Source of the DNA: Marsupella aquatica
Lineage: Eukaryota > Plantae > Marchantiophyta
DNA: 64,000 nucleotides
Direction: 5' to 3'
Assembly (NCBI GenBank): GCA_973895155.1
Contig: OZ316894.1
Coordinates: forward strand, 9,200,234-9,264,233
Position 1 is the stretch's first letter. Each line of letters opens with the position of its first letter. The position numbers and the translations under genes were made by a program. Shown here one piece after another: positions 51,961 through 64,000 of this stretch. The notes beneath the pieces are model-generated. The model saw nothing but the letters and a program-made list of their open reading frames with translations, was not told the DNA's origin and made no database searches.

Positions 51961-53807
51961 TAAAACTTCCCCCTCATTTGACGTACATCTATCTGAGTTT
52001 CTCATTAGGATGTGGTTGTCAATCTGGCTTAGGAGCTTTGCTTCTAGTTGTTTTGCTTTTAGTTGTTTGCCGGAGTGCTGACTTGTGACAACAAGATTGG
52101 CTGCTTTTTCCCAACCTTGTTGTGGACCAATGCATTTGATTTTACCTGCTTTAATTCCTATCTTATTGCTTTACTTCTCTTGTTGTCACAAGGCAACACT
52201 GGAGGAACCATGTAAAAGCAAAACGGTTGGTCTGCATTCGTGTCTTTGCTTTAATTACAATCTAGTTAAAAGCCACTACGAGGAACCAACTGAAAGCAAA
52301 TCGTTTGGACCGAAAAGAAGTGTTCACTTCTAGAACGAATGAATTTCCAGTTCGATTAATGTACGAAATAGAACTGTGGATCCGTGGGCAGATGAGTAAG
52401 CTGGCGATCAGCTCAATTTTTGCCGAAGTTTTTTGGTTACTGAATGTGAAAGACTATTGTGACTGGTGCCCGCGAATCAAACTCCAGGGACTCGTATTGA
52501 AGGCTCCAATAAAAGTTGACAACAAATATTACTTGAGTTGACAACAAACTTGACAACCAACTTGAGCTTGAGGTTCCAATAAAAGTTGACAAATCAATGT
52601 CCTCAAATTTGCCACGCGAGCCGTTTTGCAGAGTAGTTCTAGACTCCTATCCTCAAAGCAGAGCTGGGCGGGGGTTAAGAACCAGCGGCATTGAAGAGTT
52701 TGTGAATTGAATTCTACACAACAGACAAAGTGGCTCACAAAGATCCAATGTGATGAATTACAGAGCTCAGTTCGAATCCAATGAATGGCCCCTTGAAGCG
52801 CCACCGATGCCATCCGACTGCACCACACGGGTAGTGACGAATCTTCTTGAACACCTGACAAAATTCTGGCAACGATTTCCAATACCAAAAGTAACTCTTC
52901 AAGGTAAACTTAGTCACAACCAGCCCGAGTAATCCGAAATATACAGACAAATTCGTACTAGTGGAATCCTAAACACTAGATACCGTATAGTGACAAAACA
53001 AGCAACTACTTGGCAAATATTTCTGCCATTGGTGAGACCACCTTTTGGTGCACAAAGATCTACGCTAATGGCGACACAATGACAATACAAAAAATGATCC
53101 TCTGCAGATGACCAACATAGTTGAGACCACCTTTTGATGTGAAACGATTGGCTACACCAGGACAATAATAAAAATGATATCTGCAGGTGACCAACACAAT
53201 TATGCTCCTCCAAACAAAGCCATTTCCTTATTGAATGAAAGGGAACGGAACACAACTCGTGAAGACCGCTACTCTACCTTCAGGCTCAGCCACCAAGCTG
53301 AAAAGGTAGAAAAAATCAGCTACTACAGTGACATGGAAAAGAACTTGAGTAGGGGGAGGTACGTGGAGGTGAGCTGTGAACTGCAAAAAGCAATTGCGTA
53401 CCTACCTCTCAATATAATTGCTATTGCCTTAATCAAGGCACTATGTCAAAAACCTTCGTTATGAATCACTCGCGAGAGACAGGAGGCATTGTATTGTGTT
53501 GTCCTTGCTGATCTGTGGCTGAAGGTATTGTATTCTAGCAGGATAGAAACCGAACCCCGAATCACAGTTTGGTGCAGAGGTACCTTCGGTAAAGACAGGT
53601 CTTCAACCGAGGAAAGTTTTAAGTTCAGGGTGGATGGTTGCAAGACGATCTTCGAAATACAAACCAAGAGAGCAAGGCTGACACAGGGGCCGACCTCTGC
53701 GGAGTAAGTATACACAAATTCACAACCCAGATGGAATATCTACCAAAGGAGCAGGAGGGGAGGCTGCACAGGCAACAAATAGGCAGTTAGGATGAGGTGA
53801 ACAGTCA

Positions 53808-56800
53808 CTAGCTACTGAACGCCCCGGCATCTGAATTGCTCGTACTGCTGTGATGATCGTCGCCCAGCATACCTTTAAGACTCTTTGTCAGCCAAATAGC
53901 TGTCTCCCTAGGGGATACTTTTCCCCGCCCAAAAGGTCTCAAGACAATGGCTAACTCCTCCAGCCTCTGTTGGGACAGAAGTTGGGCTGAAAGCTCCAAC
54001 AAACCCTCCAGGGCCTCTGCTCTCTGCTTGTAGGACTTCATATCTAGACCCCTTGCAGCCTCAATTTCCTGCTCACTCTTTGAGAAAGGCGTCCGAGTAA
54101 TAGGAGGGACTTGGATTTCTGGTTCTATCTGAGCAGTTCTTTGGATTTCAGCTGTTCCTTGAGGGAGATCTAGGAGTTTACCCAGATCAGGAATCTGTCC
54201 GGGCATCTCAGTTTCAGGTAAGACCCCGTCAGTCAGCTGATTCTCTCCTCCCACCTGAAGGCGGAAGGTACTGTGGCGAATCACATGAATGACGTCATTA
54301 TACGCTGGGCGAATTGAGCTCTTTACTGGAGAGGCAATGCCAGAGGGAAGCCCGGAAGAAATACCCTTCTCCATCTCAATCTGGATCGTCCCCTTTTCCT
54401 GGGTCCTATCACTCTCAATGTCGTAATCATTCGTCTCCATTCCTCTCGCCAGTTTGGCTCTAGGTGGACCGCAACTCAAGCTGTCTTTAGAACTTCGCTG
54501 CCTAGTTAACGTTGTGTTAACCACCTTCGGTGCCACAGCTGCCTTCATCGCTTCGTCCGATTGCTTCTGCAGTCTCGCCACGGCCTCTTTAACTTTTGAC
54601 CTGACTCTGCTGCTGGTGCTGAGGACGTCGTCTTGAGGGAACATTTCATTATTTCCTGAGCTGCTGCCATGCAAGGAGAATTCAGGAATGAGGTCCAAAC
54701 GGGGAGCGTTAACGGAGACATCTGGAGAACGAATGTCATTTAGTCCTGAGATCTCGGACCTCTCAGATACACCAGCACTATAGTCCCCTGCGGAAACGGG
54801 ATGCGAGGACGACGACCCGAGAGACATGTCTTCTGGAATAACGCGATGCAGGTCGGGATTTTTGGCGAGCAGACGAGACTGCAGAGATGCCTTCACAGCT
54901 TCCGGCCGTACTCCATTTTGGTGATTGCGGTCACTATTTGCTGCTGATCGAGCAGGAGTTCCGACGGATGCACGCATTCGAGGACTTGCAACCGAGCTGC
55001 TTCGACCGCTCCCAGCGCTTCCATTACTCGCACCAAGAGGAGATATGCTTCGCCTCTGGACATGCGGTGGCTTCAGTGCGAGTGGTAGAGAAGCTCGGCG
55101 GGGCGTGGCGCCAGTATTCCCCATAACTGGCGCGGGGGTTCGGGCTTTAGCTTTGCTGGGAATGTGATCTTCTGGTTGGCGAGCAGGCGATGCAGGAGGT
55201 AGAACGTTGTCCTGGGCTCGAAACTTTCCGGTTTGGGGAGAAGCCTCACCATGGTGAGCATGCTGCAAAGCAAAACAAACACTGAGGTCAATAACACGAC
55301 TCCCACAGATCACTCCAATTTCTCCTCCGTCAAGAGCTCACCAGAGATTTTGAACAGAAAAGAATAAGCAGTAAGTCAACAAAAGATGGCATATTCCAAA
55401 TCATAAAAGAGAGCAAGGGCCCTTAAACCAATACTATGAGACAATTTCGGAAGCAGAAAATGGAAATTGGACTTCCTTGACACGACGTGAAACGCTAGAT
55501 GTGACGATTGCAAACGACCTGATTGCGGACACATACTTGCACACTTTTAAAGTCGATTTAACCAGGACGTAGAAAGGCCGAAGACACAGAGGATGAACAA
55601 TTTATGGTGCAAAAAGGTACAAGAAAAACTGACAAAGTCTCCTATGATGCTGCAATGAAGGGAAATGAACTTTGCGTAGAATTCAAAATTAAGGTTCACC
55701 TGCTGTTTGAGAAGCGCCACTTGGGGAGTTTTCCTCACAGTAGGGTCAGCTCTAAACCTTTGCTTTCCCGCTGGAGTGCGGGGGCTCTCGGACGGATGGA
55801 GAGCTTTACTGATTCTTGGTGAGCTTCTAACAGGTAACCTCGAGGGAGGCGCTTCCTGCTGCCGTTCTGCAATCTTTGCCTGAGCGAGCTTACCAAAGTG
55901 TGTTTCAACAGCTCGGTCTTCCTCAGCCCACATTTCACCCAATTGCGTGTGATCTCGATGTGTATGGGAAGCAGACACGTGATCTGGGCTTGATGACGTT
56001 GAATCATCTTTCTCCACACTGTCGAACTGCCACCCGTTGTCAATATCATCATGGATAGCTTCAATGAGGACGCCGTAATCAAAAGTTCGGCCTGGACTGC
56101 TTTTTATGCTGCTGGCAAAGCTTTCAATACTGCCACTGCTGTCTTGACGATCCAAAATACGCCTGGAAGAAAGTTGCCGATTTGGGGACGGAGCATGAAG
56201 GAGACCTGCCTGCAACCGGCATTGGGTGATGTACGGTTGAAGATAAGGATGTCTAAGTAACTCTGCGGCCTGTGTGAGACAAAAGCAACAGTTCAGACAT
56301 CGGAAGGTATCGTGTCAAGGCAAAGCAACGAGTCCACACCAAAGTATGACCAACACTTCTCGTGGAGCCACGCGTCGATTCGCGAATTTGAAAGGAAGTC
56401 TGACATGTACTGCTGAATGCTGTCGAGAGGTAGTACTGTCTCAATTCCTAATTTCCACATCTATGAAGCCGAACAACAAGCTCTTGTGAACAACAAAAAC
56501 TTACAGTGGGTCGGTGCTCCGGGTTCTTCCTAAGCATGCTCCTGATCAAGCCTTTCCTGGGACCAAATCAATTGCAAGAATGTTATATTTTGAAGTGAGG
56601 TTCACCGCAGAATACAAACAAGCTAAAACGACCAAAATACCAGTCACACGAATTCAAATCTTAAAATAGTATGGTCGACAATCGAGAGCAAACTCTAGTA
56701 TGGTTCATCGAAACAAATGAAGCAAGATGAGTCCATTTACAATGAGCTGGAATAGTTTGCAGGTAAAGGTCCAATGGTGGATCTGTTGATTTTACTGATG

Positions 56801-59234
56801 AGACCTTGCATGTCCTGTTCCAGAAATGTCCATAATCAATCCAGAAGTAGAGGGATTCAGCACACCATTACTTCACAGATCTAGCATTTCGAACTTCCAC
56901 CAAGACTAACAATCGTACACATTATTTCCTGTTAACAAACATATCCCTTTCAAACATTTCAGTTCTATCCAAACAGAAAATGGACAACCAAACCTATCGC
57001 ATGCGCCAAATAGTTCGAACTCGAACATTCAAACTAGTGCCCCATTCAAGTGGAAAAATTAAGCTGCATCTTGAAAGACATCAACGAATGACTTACAAAA
57101 GCCTTGAACGCAGGTCGGTGCGCAGTAATTTCATACATGCAGCATCCTGCATAAAGTCTTGATCGTCAGTGGAAATTATTCCAGTAACGAGGACAATACC
57201 AAAGACTATCAAGAAATAAAATTTGAAAGATTGAGAAGAAAAACGAGCGTGCATCCATACCTAGAGACCAGATGTCAGACTTGAAGCCATAGGGTATATC
57301 AGCAAGGAGCTCTGGGCACATGTAGTTTGGAGTGCCAACAACCTGCAACAAACCATTTTCAAAGGGGTAAATTCTCACTTCTAGAATGACACTCGTCCGC
57401 GAAGTCTGGTCCCACCAAGTAAAGGACGGCCCCACCTTACTGACAATTCGAGATTTGCAAAACAAGTCGGAGAGCTCCATGTCATGGACGAAATTGTCGA
57501 CATGACGGATTTAAAGGGCTCAAGCACAGGTATGAATTCCGGAAGCGTTAAGTTTAGGGGCTTACAGATGACGCGAGGTCATCCTGGGCCAGCATCTTTG
57601 CAAGTCCAAAATCTCCTGTAGAGGCATGACACGAGAGGATGGTTAGCAGCTGCCGTAATCAGCGTTAAAGAGCGAACCTAAAGACACCGAAAGACAACTC
57701 AGATGAGCTGTGTGTACGAAATAAATGCCTGCAACAAGATTCGCCGACCTCTGCCAGGGCTACATACCGAGACGAATGTCGTGGTCCTTTGTGAGGAAAA
57801 TGTTCGAACACTGCTCTCAGAGACAACAGAGAACTATCAAAACAAGCGAAGTGACCAAACGGTACAGTCCAAATATGTGCACTTCTGAAAGAAATACACC
57901 GCGTACCTAAAAGGTAGGAAGAGGTCAAACAATTGGGGATAGCTGGTGGGCTACGTCGAAGATTCACGCACCTTGAGATCGCGGTGGAGGACGTGATTGG
58001 AATGCAGGTACTCCACCGACAGAAGCAATTGAGCGAACCATTTGCAGAGTCTCTCTTCGGCGAAATACTGTCCATTTGCTTTTCTGATTACATCAGCCCT
58101 GCATAGCAATGGAGCCGAACTTCCTTTAATCAGACAGTGATGAGATGAGAACTGTTGCTGTGGATTCTAATCACACTTCACTCCCTTACCAACAACTAGA
58201 AAACAACACGAAGGATGAGCCGCCATGGGCCAGGCCGGTGGCGGGGATGACGATGAGGATTCACACTATTTCCTCCCGAGAAATGAAAAGCACGAGTCAC
58301 TCACATGTCACCTCCTTCGCAGTAGCCCGTAACGATGCATACGTAGCAACCCTGAAATTCTCCAGCGAAGGCAAAATTCATCAGGTTCCTCTTTCCAAAT
58401 GAGAATTCTGATACCAAGCGAGCTAGGCTCTCTAGATATGATGGTGCCACAGAGTGCGCTAGCAAGAAAACGACAGAATCCAACAGCATCCGCCGCAAAT
58501 GATCAAATCCAAACAACTCACTTTTTCCACCCAGGCTTCTTTGTAGTCCACAATGTACGGGTGCTGCACCCTGGACACGAGAGCCATCTGTGGGACACCA
58601 AGCCAGCAGGAAACATTAGAGGTGTCCTGAGTAAATGTCGATATCGAACACCATCCGCTCCAATCGAATCCGGCCAAAGATTTATGACTGCTGAACACCT
58701 TCCGCTAGATGGCTCATCAAATCATCAAAGCGGTTACATATCGCAAAATGTACGAAAATTGAATGCACCTCTTGATGAGCGGATCTTCGACATCGATCAG
58801 TCTGACGAGCGAGGCGAATTTTCTTGAGGACGTATCTGCGATGCAATGACGGGGATTCAGCGAGCTCATTTCAAGCATGTTGAAAACTAATCCCACGACA
58901 CGGTCAAGTTCATCGTACTTCCTCCAACCATGTATCTGACTAAGCTTTAGCTTTGAAGTAATGACCACGACATAAAGAGAAGGCCACCTGAGGGAGAATA
59001 CCAGAATAAAGTTGAAGACGATGAAAGCGCAAGACGGGTGTCTTCAAAACAAACCAAGCTTCGACTCAAAAGGGAAGGAGGAATGCCCTTCCGCTCATAC
59101 AGACGGCAAGACAGGTTCCGGAAGACTCACTTTTTCTTCTCGATTCTGTGATTGACGAGAATGGCCGATCCGAAGGCGCCTCGGCCAACCTGTTCCATAA
59201 TCTCGTACTGGTCCATCTTCGACTCCATCGCCAT
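53808..59234 (-). CDS. NEK: NIMA-related serine/threonine kinase (plant NEK, MpNEK1/AtNEK5-6-like), ~928 aa
   Basis: 13 GT-AG exons in one frame: 59234-59131, 58835-58769, 58587-58522, 58351-58305, 58098-57972, 57810-57768, 57615-57566, 57342-57261, 57146-57097, 56814-56741, 56556-56505, 56269-55700, 55262-53808. Motifs: [59 protein letters not shown], and the plant NEK C-terminal motif [29 protein letters not shown]. Confidence 0.96.
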
Positions 59235-60949
59235 CACGCTCAGAAATCCTCCCTTACGATTGTGATGACAAGCCTCGCCGCACCAGCTTTTCGCTACTTT
59301 CGGTACAACCGTGCTTGGAAGTACGAGTCACGGCCAGCCGAGCTAACAGGTTGTGACTGCGTGTACAAGGATCCACCGGCCATGATAGAGCCCTGCAGAT
59401 AGCTTCACGAGCGGATGTACTAGTCAGTATCCCCGTGAACGCAACCTTCACAGTCGAGAAAAGCTTTGCCAATGCAGGTCTGTCATAGGCATACACCACG
59501 CGTCTAGTCGACCCTGCGTAAGAGATGCAATTGTACGCATGGAAGATTGGTGGACATGAATGATAGTTGGTGCATTAGAAAGGACGCGTATTTCTGGAGA
59601 CCGACCTTAAGGAAACAGCGAAGAGAGCAACTCATTCTCGGATAATGCAGCTGTACTCCATAGCAGGGGGAAAGTAGACGGCGTCAACGCATTCAAACTA
59701 GCAGAACTAACATGAAGACACGGTAAAATTGAGCTTTCCAACGGTGCAAAATCCCACAACGTCAGTAAAACACTGCGATGAACAGAGATGCCGCGTCCTT
59801 GAGGAGAATCTGTAAACACGGCAGAAGGCAAAGGAAGTCCTGTGGTGCCCGACTGAGCGTTTTGGAGAGTAATGACAAAGGAATTAGGGTGGAAAGGTGT
59901 GGCAAAGGCCTTTCTGAAGGGAAACAGCTCACTACAGCTACTGAGGAACCGATGACAAAATCTGGAGTATGACGCCCTTTACTCAACATTGTCAGAAAAG
60001 GCCGTTGTAGATACGGAGGGGAAATATAGACGCTCCTGTAGCTACCGCAGAGCACAGCTTCAAAATCCGTCACTGGAGAGGCCGCGGCAGCACGCCTCTA
60101 CGCGACGAGTACACCACAACACCACATCTCATCCGAATCCCATCGTATTACACTTAAAGCCCCACTCACTCCCACCAGATCAACTCAAATCATATCAAAA
60201 CGTACTCTATCCCGTCACATTGTTATAAAATCCCTGCCTGGTGCACTTTCGGACAAAAAAAGCTCTCTCCGACCAATGCAGTAGGTGGTCCCGGTAGAAA
60301 AAGAGTAGAATACCTCGATGCGCGCTCCTCCCACCGAATCACGCACCAAACCGAACCACCCAACGCAACTCAACAGCCCTCCGGACACGAAGTACGTAGT
60401 AATGCCAAACCACAGACCAACAGACCTCGCGCAGCAAGCAATGCTCTGCTCCACTGACCGGAGCCCGTCTCCGCCGAAGAATTTGCTTCTTGTCCTTGTC
60501 TGATCAAGCGATCAACGAATTCCGCTGCTCCTCCTCCTCCTCTCGTGATCCTCAAATCCACCTGCTAGTCACGTCTCGCGCTCTCGCCTCCTTCCTTTCC
60601 TCGATGCTCGATAGATGTGTTAGATGTTAGATTGGAGACTCACACCGCGAGCAGAGGAGAGGAGAGACTCCCAGACCAACTCACTTCCCTCCATCCTGAA
60701 AAGCTGGATTGCTTACTGTCATTACTGCGGCTCTCGGAGTTTACACACTCGCATTTACCTCCATTTCCGCTTCCCCTTTCAAACTCGCTTCAGCGCGACA
60801 GTGCCTGACCCACCTGAAGCAGAGAGAGAATGATGATGTCCAGCGTAATATTTTAAGGTTCTTTCATTTTCGCCACGCTGGCGAATTTCACCCTTGTGTG
60901 AACGGAGAAGAGTCTAGGAACAATCTTCCTCTCGCACAGTACTAGTTTC

Positions 60950-61540
60950 TGACCGTTAGATCTCCCTAGAATTAACGGTGACTGCCAGATTCTGGCTATC
61001 CGAGAAAGAAGTCGGAGAAAGAAGTTTCGCCGAAAGTGGCCAAGACTTTTCAGTGAAGTGGAATGTAGCGAGTGTCCCTTGTGGCATAAAGAAATGAGAC
61101 TAAGAAATATTTTTCTTCTATCATTTGTTATGGTAAATTTTGACCGTTAGATCAGCCTAGGGAATCCTGGCCCATCGAAAAAGCCATAGCGAATTCTCTC
61201 CCAAAGTGTGGCCGAGACTGTCCAGTGAAGTGGAATATAGCGAAGGTCACCTTGTGGCAGGAAAGAAGAGTAGAGTCACAGTTTTTTACTCTTTAGAATT
61301 TAAAGTAAACGGTCAGATTCTGGCTAATGGGAAAAGAAATTATACGAATTTCCACCCAAAAGTGTCAGAGACGTGACAGAGACTTTTCGTTTATCTAATT
61401 TTCCTGCAGTAATGCTTGACCGGTAGATCTCCCTAGAATTAAGGGTAGCCGTCAGATTCTGGTAAGAGATAGCGAATTTTCGGCGAAAGTGGGCGAGACT
61501 TTTCAGTGTAAGGGGAATTGTAGCGAATTTGCGCCACTAA
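60950..61540 (-). promoter_or_regulatory. Triplicated promoter module upstream of NEK carrying MSA-like elements (TCTAACGGTCA)
   Basis: Units start at ~60950, 61141 and 61417 (TGACCGTTAGATC..AAAGTG..GACTTTTCAGTG..GGAAT.TAGCGA). The reverse complement TCTAACGGTCA matches the MSA consensus YCYAACGGYY. An extra AACGGTC is at 61308. Confidence 0.6.
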
Positions 61541-64000
61541 AAAAGAACGCTGATGATTATGATGCAGGACGGAGCAAAGTAATGCACAGCATGCGGCGCG
61601 GGCCTCGTGTGACATGACGCCCCGGAACACATGCATGCGGCACATCTTCGTGCCATATCTTCGTGCCATGTCCTGCACACGAGGGACGATCCAGGCATCG
61701 CACACAGTAAATCATTCACGCATGTGCTCGCTCAATCACGAAGAGGGCCCCCAATTTCGACTGTGAGGATATTAATACCACCGTCATACTCAAATTCGGT
61801 TCAAAAGTAATAATACAATTTTGTATTATAGTTTTTCTTTTTTAAAATTTAGCAACTAGCATGAATGCCCAAGTTTCGCTTGTAAATAGACTCTGAATAC
61901 CATAGTGCACGTTTCAGTTTGCATTTCCACCCCAATGTTAGCTTGTGTACCTGACTACAGTAGTGGTCTAGAGTGAAGTCTAGAGGTTTCACTCTAAACC
62001 ATAGGTCATTTCCCTGGCCTTTAGTTTGTGCTTCATAAAATAAATTTTTATTACATACCAAACAATAAGAAATAAACATAAATTGCACAGAAAGTGACAA
62101 ACACACTAGAATGAAGAGCAAACAAAAGAAGTCCAACGAGGACAAAAGCAAAAGAAGCTAGTGCAACCCACACAAGAGCTATAAGGTTTGGAAAGTAACA
62201 AATACTAGTACGGGTGCACAGGACGAGCTCGGGGACCAGGGCTCTCATGCCCGTCCTACTTAAGAACATAATCTACATATCAACTTTTGTTGTTGTCAGA
62301 GAAATTTCAGTCTCTCGGTAGGTCATGAATCACAAATTATAGCATAGATGAAGCCCCATTGACCGTGAAATTAGGGAATATATTCCCATGAACTTTGGGA
62401 GTCGAAAGAGAATACACTTTTCGTCAGATTTATATTAAAAATATTTCTGAGTGGTCCATTCAAGTTGCATGGTTAGATGTCAATTCTTAGATGATTCGAG
62501 ATAGAGTGAAGCTGTAGATCATAATTTCTGTGGTAATATTTTATATTGATATTTAGGCTATCTTCACGAGTAATGACGGACATGGGGAGTATGGATATAA
62601 GGAGAAAAGATCGTACTTATGAATGATATTAGGATTATTCATTAAAAAAATTTAATAAAAATAAAAATAAAAATGAAAAATTAGGATTATTGATTTTTCA
62701 AAAAAATGCCCAACTTTGCAGTAATAGATGGTGTGATTGTTCACATTTTTATTAGATTGAATGACGTAAGAAGTACTCTACCTGGTCTGACTCACGACGT
62801 TGTCTACCTGTACCTGGTTACCAAGTCTCCAGACAAGTATTTTCGAAAAATTACTGCCAGTCCTGGAGGCAAGTCCGCCGAAGGACATGTCCTCAGGCAG
62901 AAAAGAAGGATGTCCCTCATGAGACGTGCTGGGCACCTTCCATGCCCCATGCCACTATCCATGGGTCGTGCAACAGAAAAACTGTAGTGTAGTACTATTG
63001 TATTGTCGTGTGACTCCGTACGCTTCGTAGCAGTGCTCTATGGCTTCACTTCTGGGAACGCTATCTTAATCTGAGTCGTTTAATTTGAACTTCAACGATC
63101 ACGATTGGCCGAAACGGATCACGATTGGCGGAACGGATCTCCGACTTAATTAAACAAGGAATGGCTCGTTCATGAACGATGAATTCCATTGAATTTAAAT
63201 ACAATCTAAAACTCTTGCTATCAAGTGTTTTGCATCTCCAGAGTGATGAGCGTCAAAAGATGTTACAGTGTATTTCTTGATTCCATTTCATACTAATCTT
63301 AAATATTGTTTCCCTCACTATAGTAGCGTAACTGAATGAGCAACCCTTCCTTTCCCCCACCCATTGCCTCACCCGCTAACTTCTTACCACCCAAAGTCAC
63401 GGTCTAGAGTGAATTATCTTTTAAGTCATGTGCAACCCAAAATTTGGATCTGATGTTTCATATGTATTTCAGATCCATGATCAGTACCCTTGACTTCCTT
63501 TTAGATTGGGGGATTACTCTCATCATCACATGTCCCTTCTCTTTCTCTCCCTTCGGAGTTGTGTCACTTGGCCAAACATCTTATACAGATTATCTGTATG
63601 GTATGACAGATGAGGCCTTACTAAGTTATATGAAAGTGGCAGAATTCACCCCTTTTAAAGACCTGGAGATTAGCCAATGCACATTAGCATGTACAGTCTA
63701 GTATAGTGCCGTGTATGTGCTAAAGTTTTGCAACTTGCATTGCAAGTCATCTATAATCATCACTCAAACCTTCTGCAAATAAATTGGACAAATTTCTGCA
63801 AAAGAGAGATCACCCCCCATACCCTTAGAATCAGCCAGATTAGAAAGATCACCGTCACACGGCAGAACGCAAGCCAAAGTGAACGGGTCAGATTGCTTTG
63901 TACTACGAAGATTGTCCTTCCTTTAATTGATTTTGTGCCTTAGTCAATGAAAAGAGTAAGCTTTTCTTTCATGTTTGGTGAATAGAACACAACTTTAAGC

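Noticed and set aside
62040-62270. Minus-strand T/G-rich stretch resembling a LINE 3' UTR (similar at 27830-28050)
   Set aside because: No TSD, clear tail or coding remnant identified.
63240-63340. C-box-like GTGATGA with a downstream CTGA (possible C/D snoRNA)
   Set aside because: No terminal stem or recognisable rRNA antisense element; such short motifs occur by chance.

Overview
Eukaryotic land-plant genomic DNA. Intron size, long leaders and gene content suggest a bryophyte/liverwort-like genome (inference). Three intron-containing host genes lie on the minus strand: an AAA+ ATPase of the At1g50140/At3g19740 type (1-7586, runs off the window), a bHLH transcription factor with a C-terminal ACT-like domain (18855-20845) and a NIMA-related kinase, NEK (53808-59234). 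Between them is a transposon graveyard. It contains a full-length 4.9-kb hAT element with TIRs, an 8-bp TSD, a transposase broken by one stop and an unexplained second ORF; three Mutator-like non-autonomous elements, one containing an RT-deleted LINE; three related Copia-type LTRs; a large AT-rich foldback palindrome with nested insertions; a dispersed hairpin repeat family; and many minisatellites and tandem duplications. The NEK promoter carries a triplicated module with MSA-like (MYB3R) motifs. No tRNA, rRNA or CRISPR array is supported. All calls were made by eye, without database searches.
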